From: Octopus vulgaris
Lineage: Eukaryota
Assembly: GCA_951406725.2 (NCBI GenBank)
Contig: OX597836.1
Location: 24,738,001-24,802,000, forward strand
Length of the DNA: 64,000 bases
Reading direction: 5' to 3'
The notes beneath the pieces were generated by a model. The model made no database searches, was not told the origin of the DNA, and worked only from the letters and a program-made list of their open reading frames with translations. Below, piece after piece: positions 55,733 through 64,000 of this stretch (the first letter of the stretch is position 1; each line of letters opens with the position of its first letter). The position numbers and the translations under genes were made by a program.

Positions 55733-56131
55733 TAGTTTCGAATTTGGCACAAAGCCAGTAATTTTAGGTAAGGGGCTAAGTCGATTACATCGATCCCAGT
55801 ACTCAACTGGTACTTATACTTATCGACTCCGAAAGGATGAAGGCAAAAATCAACCTCGGTGGAATTTTAACTCAGAAGGTGAGGTCGGACGGACTGCCGC
55901 TAATCATTTTGTCCGGAATGCAAAATGCTTGGCGATAATAATATTGGTTTCAGATCTTGGCACAAGGCCAGCAGTTTTAGAGGAGGGCTTAAGTTGATTA
56001 CATATATCTCCAGTACTTAATTTTATCGCCCCCGAAAAGGGATGAAAGGCAAAGTCAACATCTGCGGAATTTGAACTCAGAGCATAAAAACGAACGGAAT
56101 GTCGCTAACGATTCGGTCAGCTCAACGCCTT
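55733..56131 (-). mobile_element. two tandem SINE family A copies
   Basis: ttggcacaa.gccag...gaaaggatgaa.ggcaaa occurs twice (55733-55920 and 55945-56131). Confidence 0.85.
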
Positions 56132-56907
56132 GAGATTTTAGATTATTATCAACATCTTATTTTTAAGAAGACATAAATATCATTACTAAGACTTTAAGCA
56201 ACATTGTTTACTGACAGGATTTATTCAGATAAAAATCATAATTTTTTTTAATTCCTGAAAAATTGTGAATGCCATTTTGTATAGAATAATTTTTTTATTT
56301 AATGTAAAAAAAAAAAATAAATAACACTGAAGCAAAGTAACACCAAATATATAGTGCGTGTGTTTTTACTGGCTAAACTGGCAAAATGACCATTCCGAAA
56401 TACAACAATGTCTGTTTCAACACACGACTTCACATAAAAAATCTTGCACAACAAATATATAAACGTAATTTTTTTTATTTAATTTAATTAAAAGTCCTTT
56501 ACCCAATGAAACACAGCGATTTTTTCACAGGACTCTGGTGTTCTGCGGAACCCAATTTAAGAGATTCTGCTATTAATGAGTTCTCTCTCCAACAAGTAGA
56601 CAATAGACATATAACGTATTTTAGTATGTTGGATAACGATCGTGAAATAAAATAGAAAGTTGAATGAGATAGTTATCTTTATTAATTATTGTTATTGTCT
56701 CCAATTAACTGAATTGTAAAAAAAGTAGCAGATTACAAAAGGAACAAAAGAAAAAATTAGAACCAAGAAAAAAGCTAAGATGGGAGACGACTTCATATTT
56801 GGGTTGGCTTTGTCCCACATCGACGTCACAGCGTAAAGAAACGTCGAGACCTGCCTGTCACTCTGTATGACGATTCATGATGAAGGCGTTAAGTAATAAA
56901 TGAATTG

Positions 56908-57045
56908 CTGGTAGGGACACCATATTTAATTTTGCAACCATGATATAGTACCAAGTATATTAAAGGTTTATTAGTCAATACTTTGTCCTTCTTTGTGTAA
57001 GTAGTGGGATTATGGTTGCAAAATGAAATGCCGTGTCCCTACCAG
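56908..57045. mobile_element. small MITE-like inverted repeat
   Basis: ctggtagggacac..attttgcaaccat pairs with atggttgcaaaat..gtgtccctaccag. Confidence 0.75.
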
Positions 57046-57288
57046 TGGCCAGAGATGTGTTTAATATGTAAAAATTGGTCTTTCCAATTGTGTTAGTGGC
57101 TATTTAAGCAGTGTGTTCGTGGATGACTAAGGGGTTGGATGTGGCGCTCAAATAGGCAAATACACGCATTACCTATTGTTCTATCTTCGATCGCATTGGT
57201 TACATAGACGTATTCGTATACGAAATGTTGTAACTTTCAGCGCTGGCTCTAAATTCTACAGAAACTCTATAGAGATACATTTAAAATA

Positions 57289-57677
57289 GTGGAGGCGCAA
57301 TGGCCCAGTGGTTAGGGCAGCGGACTCGTGGTCATAGGATCGCGGTTTCGATTCCCAGACCGGGCGTTGTGAGTGTTTATTGAGCGAAAACACCTAAAAG
57401 CTCCACGAGGCTCCGGCAGGGGATGGTGGTGATCCCTGCTGTACTCTTTCACCACAACTTTCTGTCACTCTTACTTCCTGTTTCTGTTGTACCTGTATTT
57501 CAAGGGGCCGGCCTTGTCATTCTCTGTGTCACGCTGAATATCCCCGAGAACTACGTTAAGGGTACACGTGTCTGTGGAGTGCTCAGCCACTTACACGTTA
57601 ATTTCACGAGCAGGCTGTTCCGTTGATTCGGATCAACCGGAACCCTCATCGTCGTAACCGACGGAGTGCTTCCATCC
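57289..57677 (+). mobile_element. tRNA(Arg)-like SINE family B, full length
   Basis: A and B boxes; TSD acatttaaaa at 57277-57286 and 57678-57687. Confidence 0.95.
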
Positions 57678-58223
57678 ACATTTAAAACAAAAATAGTAAT
57701 AATTGTGTCTCAACAAACTTTAAAGGAAGGCTTTAAATGTTGAATTGCTGAAGAACTGGGTCTATCAAACTCTTAATAATAATTGGTTCCATCGAGATTA
57801 AATGGCAGCGGACCTTCTGACTTCAAGATGCAGCTCCTAACCTGGTTTTCATTTCCCGCTTTTCAAAGAATAAATGGTATTTTAGTATATTTGCTAAGTA
57901 CCTGAAGATAATGGTAGAGGATTTGATTTCGTGTAGGTCTAAATTTCTAGATGATCCGAAAAACATAGTTTTGTTACTTTTTGGGTAAAAACAACAACAG
58001 CAACAACAACAACAACGACTACAGCAATGCGAGATCCACCCAGAACGTACTCTTGTCTTGTCACCACCCCACCATCACACTCCACCCGAGAGTTCAGCAG
58101 ACCCACATCCACATCGACAAATATTATTAAATATGCTCCTTCTTTCCTTCTTTATTCTATAACCTGTAATCCGATCTTGTGTATATATTGAATCGATAGC
58201 AGATCATAAGGGATTTAAGTCAT

Positions 58224-58267
<44 letters not shown>

Positions 58268-58499
58268 TAGAAGGCAAGATGCTGCTCTTCCGTCATATGT
58301 GTAATCTGATTAATAACTGGGAGTGTGATTAATAGATCAGATCAGCCACGGAAATGGGTGCGCGGGTGTGTGAATCCACGAACAAGGTCTACATTCATAG
58401 GCACGTACGTATATGCACATCAGAACATATTCACATAGTCGAGTGTATACTTGTGTGTATGAATGCAATTGCATGCATACACAGACGCACATTATATGC

Positions 58500-58512
58500 A
58501 TACATATATGTA

Positions 58513-58552
<40 letters not shown>

Positions 58553-58574
58553 TATATGCATATGTATATGTATA

Positions 58575-58665
<91 letters not shown>

Positions 58666-58673
58666 ATATACAC

Positions 58674-58712
<39 letters not shown>

Positions 58713-58735
58713 TATACATATATATATATACACAC

Positions 58736-58777
<42 letters not shown>
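58500..58777. repeat. (TA)n/(TATATG)n microsatellite
   Basis: direct reading. Confidence 0.96.
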
Positions 58778-58780
<3 letters not shown>

Positions 58781-59385
58781 TGTATATTTGAGTTCCGAGT
58801 TATAACTTCCAGTTCTGCACATATTAACTGTAATCTTTCACCGAGGTACATTTTTTTAAAGAACGCCATAGGCTGTGAGAAGTTTTCTTGAAGTCATTTC
58901 TTCTACATTGCTAGCTTAGTGGTCGTTTCGTTTCGTTTTTTGTTGTAACGAAGAGTATCCACTTGAAAACAATCAATTTTTCTTTTCGTTAGTAGAATAT
59001 ACTTCATGAAATGAAATACATGATATAATTGCGATACATTTATTTAATTTGACTTGGTTTTCTCGTTCCAACTGTAGAGTCTTTAATGTTAATATAAAGA
59101 AGACAACGTTTCAGTTTAATTGAAACTCCTCAGTATGAAGGATTAAGACTCTATTATATTATATAACAGAAGAGGAAAACGTTTATGAAAAGTGATAGAT
59201 TGGAAAGATATTTGGTGGAAGCATTCGACTAAGAGAAGTCATTTTGTTTCACAGATCATTAGTTATATAAGAGAGGAGTATACTTAAGTTTAAATTTGCA
59301 TACAGCAGTAGATATTAGAAAATTACTATTTTAAAATCTCACAACGAGAGATATTCAGCAACAGTACTTTGGAGTAAAGATTGTA

Positions 59386-59701
59386 TGCCAACATAAATGT
59401 CAGTCCTGGTTTAGGACTAATGTTTCTGTAATTTAGCTCCAGGAGACATCGTCTCCAGCTGGCTATATGACACGATCTGTGTCCTTATATTTTCAAACAA
59501 GAGAATCTAGCACCTCCACTCTGAATAACCCGGAAATCGCGATACACAGACATCATTTTAGGCTGAGTGGCGGTGCTAGATTCCCTTGTTCGTAAATATA
59601 AGGACACAGAACGTGTCATATAGCCAGCGGGAAACGATATCTCCTGGGGCCAAATTACAGCAACATTCGTCCTAAACCAGGATTGCTATGTTATGTTGGC
59701 A
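59386..59701. mobile_element. MITE with ~136-bp terminal inverted repeats
   Basis: 59386-59521 pairs with 59565-59701 (tgccaacat...ccactc / gagtgg...atgttggca). Confidence 0.9.
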
Positions 59702-60199
59702 AAATTCAGCAGTAGATATAGTTAAAACATTTCAAATTTGTCTTCTTGCTAAAATAACTCTTGCATATTACAGTCGTACTTAGAGCTCCGGTTATTTCGC
59801 AGGCCTCTTCTGAGCTGTACTTTTTCACAACTGACAGAAAAACCGAAATATTATATACCTCCAAGCACTGCAATAGACAATGGAAAAATTTACTGATCAC
59901 AAAGAAAATACATATATTAATTACATAAATTAGTACAGTATTCTGAGGACGGAGGGAAGCATGTTTTCTTAAAGAAGTAAAAGAAAATAAAAGAGTAAAA
60001 TTTTATTTTAGGTTCTATGTTGACTTACTTTAATCCATTTTTGTGAATCTCAGATTAACCAATCTTCTGAATTGGTTGGATGCAGCAATTCTGAATAAAT
60101 CAACATTCCTGGTCGAAATTTTGTTGGAGATTGTCAATATCTTTTTAAAGAAATTTATCCAAAATATACTGAAATCTTGTGAATATATTTAAGTATTAA

Positions 60200-60232
60200 T
60201 AAACCTGGACAATGCCCGGCACATCTGCTAGT
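60200..60232 (+). mobile_element. Helitron-like 3' terminus
   Basis: degenerate GC hairpin cctggacaatgcccggc, then CTAG (60228-60231) followed by T. Confidence 0.55.
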
Positions 60233-60299
60233 ATATCTACATACATAAACCATTATCAGAACTTCCTCATCTTTGAGGTTGATTGACCATCAGATTTCT

Positions 60300-60700
60300 T
60301 GTTTCGTTGGAGAAAATGGCGCTTTGTTGGCCACACTGCAGTCTATTCTCACGTTCATCTTCATATTTTTCGGTTGGTACCGTTTGAGAATCCATCATAG
60401 ATGATCCATCTTTATTTGTATCAGTTGTTCACCAACGACTTCCATTCATACACAATGATGCTGTTTTCCAAATTGCCTTTGATGTATACCTTTGAACTGT
60501 TTCCTTTGTCTACCCTCGCATCTTTTCCTTTCATCCAACTTAATGAATGATCCGCCATTTTCACAACGTGTTCAGCTCATCTTGATCGGTGTTGTGTAAT
60601 CATAGGTTCAGTGTATATTCACTTGTTTCAGCATTAAACAAGCTAATATTTGATATTAACTTGTTTAACCATTCTGACATTCTTCCATTTACTCTGCAAT
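60300..60700 (-). pseudogene. RTE-like LINE C-terminal remnant
   Basis: R*AEHVVKMAD...GRQRKQFK resembles RWAGHVxRM...GRxRKRxKD. Confidence 0.55.
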
Positions 60701-61269
60701 TGGGTGGGCATGAATTTCCTCGGACATTTCTAATGGTATATTTCCCCTTTGTGGAGATTTTGCCTAAATCTTATCCAGGTTTATTACGGTAAATATTTCT
60801 TGAGTAGCTTATTTCGCTAATGTAACCCTTCAGAACCTCGGCTGGGAAAGCGCGATACGAGTTATATATGTTGATTCTAGAGGAGAAAAGATTACAGGGA
60901 AAATCTAAGGCATTCCTTTCAAAATATATATTAAATATCCATACCTCAGATTACTATCATAATTTTTTCAAACTTAATTCAAACATTCGCTTTATTTTTA
61001 AAAGCTTTCAACTTAATTAACCCCCGCCCCAATCTGATAGTAACCCCCAGTTACATCCTTTGCACTCTAAAATTTTATAGAAACCTTGCAGATTTTCTTA
61101 ATTTAGAGGTTTTTTTTATTCTTAACACTTTCAGCATATTTACCATATTATCTCACACCTTTTCATATTTCACTGCTTAAACAGCAACAGAAATAGGGCA
61201 ACAAACTTAATTCGCGACTGTTGTTCTTTTTCTGTCGAAAAATTAGCTTAGAGAGAGAGAGAGAGAGAG

Positions 61270-61352
<83 letters not shown>

Positions 61353-62054
61353 GCGCGTTTGTATGTGTGTGTGCGTGTTTGTGTGTGTGTGTGTGTGTGT
61401 GTGCGTGTGTGTTCTCTTCTGTTTTTAATTATTTGAATTTTTCCAGTAACGAACGACTTAGTTTCTTACAAAAATACTAAACGCCATTGTTGGAATATAG
61501 ATGAGAAAAAATATCACATTCTAAACTTGAAAAATATCTTACATATTTTTATTGTTTCGCTTACAGGTTGTATTTGTAATATGCGTGTCAGCAGGGACAT
61601 TTCTTTGAAAACCCTTAACTTTTCCAGATTGTCGCTTAGGGATTTACTCACAAAGCCGTGTGCAACAATTTATTGGTATAAATGTGAATTTATAATATGC
61701 GTGTAGAAGCTGAAGGTCTGTGTATATGTATGTGTATATGCATGCGTGCTTGTATGCATATATGTATGTTCGTACGTATGTCCATGGGTATAAGTATGTA
61801 TGTGTGTATGTATGTGTACGTATCGTTCAGGTTTGTCGAAGCACATAAGAGTGCGTAGGGAAAAATCATCAGAATGATTTCAGAACAACCAAGAATTCAG
61901 CAGAATTTGTATGAATGTTCAATCTGCAACAAAATTCTAGAAGTTGCTGGCAAGATTCAAGAGTCATCATTGTCGTTCTCACATGTAATGCTGTGATACA
62001 TTTTATTCAGTCAGCCATACTCGATTAACAAGTTGATCGTCATCATTTAGGTGT

Positions 62055-62167
62055 GTATGTATGTATGTATGTATGTATGTATGTATGTATGTATGTATGT
62101 ATGTATGTATGTATGTATGTATGTATGTATGTATGTATGTATGTATGTATGTATGTATGTATGTATG

Positions 62168-62199
<32 letters not shown>

Positions 62200-62496
62200 G
62201 TTAATCCAAACATGAAAACACAAAGAGAAAACACAACAACGCGAGGACGTGGAACAAATATAGTATTATTGGACGCTCAGGAAGGAAGGGAAGAAGGAGG
62301 GTTTAACGTTTCGAGCGGAGCTCTTCGTCAGAAACATAGGAAAAGGAAAGATCCAGAGAAGGGAAGACGGAGGAAAAAAATCGCCAACGGTACACACGCG
62401 GTCACATGTATGTATGTATGTATGTATGTATGTATGTATGTATGTATGTATGTATGTATGTATGTATGTATGTATGTATGTATGTATGTATGTATG
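62055..62496. repeat. (TATG)n tract split by a ~210-bp PLE-type module (62196-62406)
   Basis: direct reading. Confidence 0.95.
62301..62335 (-). ncRNA. minimal type I hammerhead ribozyme motif, intact
   Basis: gttt CTGACGA A GAGC tcc GCTC GAAA C GTT aaac; perfect 4-bp stems I and II; palindromic AACGTT stem III. Confidence 0.82.
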
Positions 62497-62984
62497 TGAC
62501 TCCACGGTTTCCAGTAATGCCTTCGTCCCATGTTAAACAGATCCATGGCTGAAGTCATTGTTTTCACTAATCATCAACGGATGACCATGATTGCTTTAGA
62601 CGTCATTTAGTTTGCTTCTTTTATTATTCTTTTTCTGGCAGCTGTTAGGTCATTGTCAAACCTGACAGACGAACTATCAATTATGTATATTAGTTCTTGG
62701 TTTTATTTTTCGAAATTCTCAAGAACGGAGAAAAAAAGCTGGTTTCTAACCCTAAAGCAATACTCACTGGAATTTAGACATCAAACAGGGTCTACATCTA
62801 TGTATACATGCATCAGAGAATACATGTATGCATGTGTGTGTGTGCATATGCCAGTACACATATATGCATGTATCCATTTATCTATGTGCATATAGTTGAA
62901 ATTAATAGAAAACAAAAGACGAAGACAGGTGTATGAACAACAAGCAAGTGTATTAGTTTGACACTCGGGAAAAATGGAAAAGTG

Positions 62985-63018
62985 TTTTACGTTTCAAGCC
63001 TACGCTCTTCATCAGAAA
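62985..63018 (-). ncRNA. minimal type I hammerhead ribozyme motif
   Basis: ttt CTGATGA A GAGC gtag GCTT GAAA C GTA aaa; lies within module 62895-63060. Confidence 0.75.
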
Positions 63019-63448
63019 AGAATAAGAGAAATTTAAACAGAGAGAGAATGAAAAAAAAACGTGTAGAGTTCAGCGATCCAACATGGCGAATATATGCATA
63101 TATACATATATGCATACAAGCACGCATGCATACACGCATACATACACATACATGGATGCTGGCTTGAATGCCATTGCATATATAGATCTTATTACATGTT
63201 AAACTTCATGAATGTCTCACCTACTTTAACAGTACCGTTAATAGCTTTTGTCTGTAATCTTACGATTAGGCGTGTTGCTTCTCGTTTTGTGAAACTCAAC
63301 TTGTCAGGATTTATGATAAGGCAGCTACATTGCTGTTTTTTCATGGCGAAAGCATACAATGGATGTGGTGCCAACTGCGATTAGTATACGACATATTGAC
63401 AAATATATTGATTCAAATATACATCTTTATAAAATTAAAATAATACGT

Positions 63449-63614
63449 AGGCGTAGGAGTAGCTGTGTGGTAAGTAGCTTGCTTACCAACCACATGGCCC
63501 CGGGTTCAGTCCCACTGCGTGGCACCTTGGGCAAATGTCTTCTACTATAGCCTCGGGCCTTCCAGAGCCTTGTGAGTGAATTTGGTAGACGGAAACTGAA
63601 AGAAGCCCGTCGTA

Positions 63615-63679
<65 letters not shown>

Positions 63680-63893
63680 GTGTGTTTGTTTGTGTGTCTG
63701 CGTTTGTCCTCCCAACAACGCTTGACAACCGATGCTGGTGTGTTTACGTCCCCGTAACTTAGCGGTTCGGCAAAAGAGACCGATAGAATAAGAGTACTAG
63801 GCTTCCAAAGAATAAGTCCTGGGGTCGATTTGCTCGACTACAGGCGGTGCTCCAGCAAATGACTGAAATAAGTAACAGAGTAAAGAGTAAAGA
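63449..63893 (+). mobile_element. tRNA-derived SINE family C with internal (TA)n
   Basis: agctgtgtggtaagtagcttgcttaccaaccacatgg..gggttcagtcccactgcgtggcaccttgggcaa...; short (agagtaa) tail. Confidence 0.93.
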
Positions 63894-64000
63894 GATACAA
63901 TATCTCAAAATGATTGGAAAAGTGAAAAACATTTGCAGAAAACAAACTATAGGTGACATAGTTCTTATGTACGGTGGAGCACATTTCCATGGTTGTTTTT

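Noticed and set aside
59100-59140. Further hammerhead-like motifs (also ~19895-19940 and ~20995-21035)
   Set aside because: Core or stems are too degenerate to call individually; they may be old PLE termini.

Overview
This is AT-rich, repeat-saturated eukaryotic DNA, most consistent with an octopus (cephalopod) intron or intergenic region. That assignment is inferred from the tRNA-derived SINE families and the extreme microsatellite load, not from a database hit. No intact host protein-coding gene is visible, and most of the supplied ORFs are microsatellite artefacts. Supported content: (1) many copies of at least four SINE families, several with clear target-site duplications (TSDs); (2) decayed LINEs of the R4/RLE, RTE, CR1/Jockey-group, L1/Tx1 and RNase H-bearing types; (3) a Penelope-like element (PLE) broken up by SINE insertions; (4) a Tc1-type transposase remnant with DD36E spacing; (5) Helitron remnants and MITEs. 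The most striking unlabelled signal is a dispersed set of about 10 minimal hammerhead-ribozyme motifs (CUGANGA-stem II-GAAAC-GUH). They sit in short PLE-type modules inside (TA)n/(TATG)n tracts, and several occur as inverted pairs or foldbacks. Also notable are a candidate minus-strand promoter and first exon near 21.3-21.8 kb, a phased 20-bp array of kappaB-like sites at 16.44-16.52 kb, and a probably chimeric duplication at 38.9-40.3 kb that may be an assembly artefact. Coordinates were counted by eye and family names come from motif recognition.
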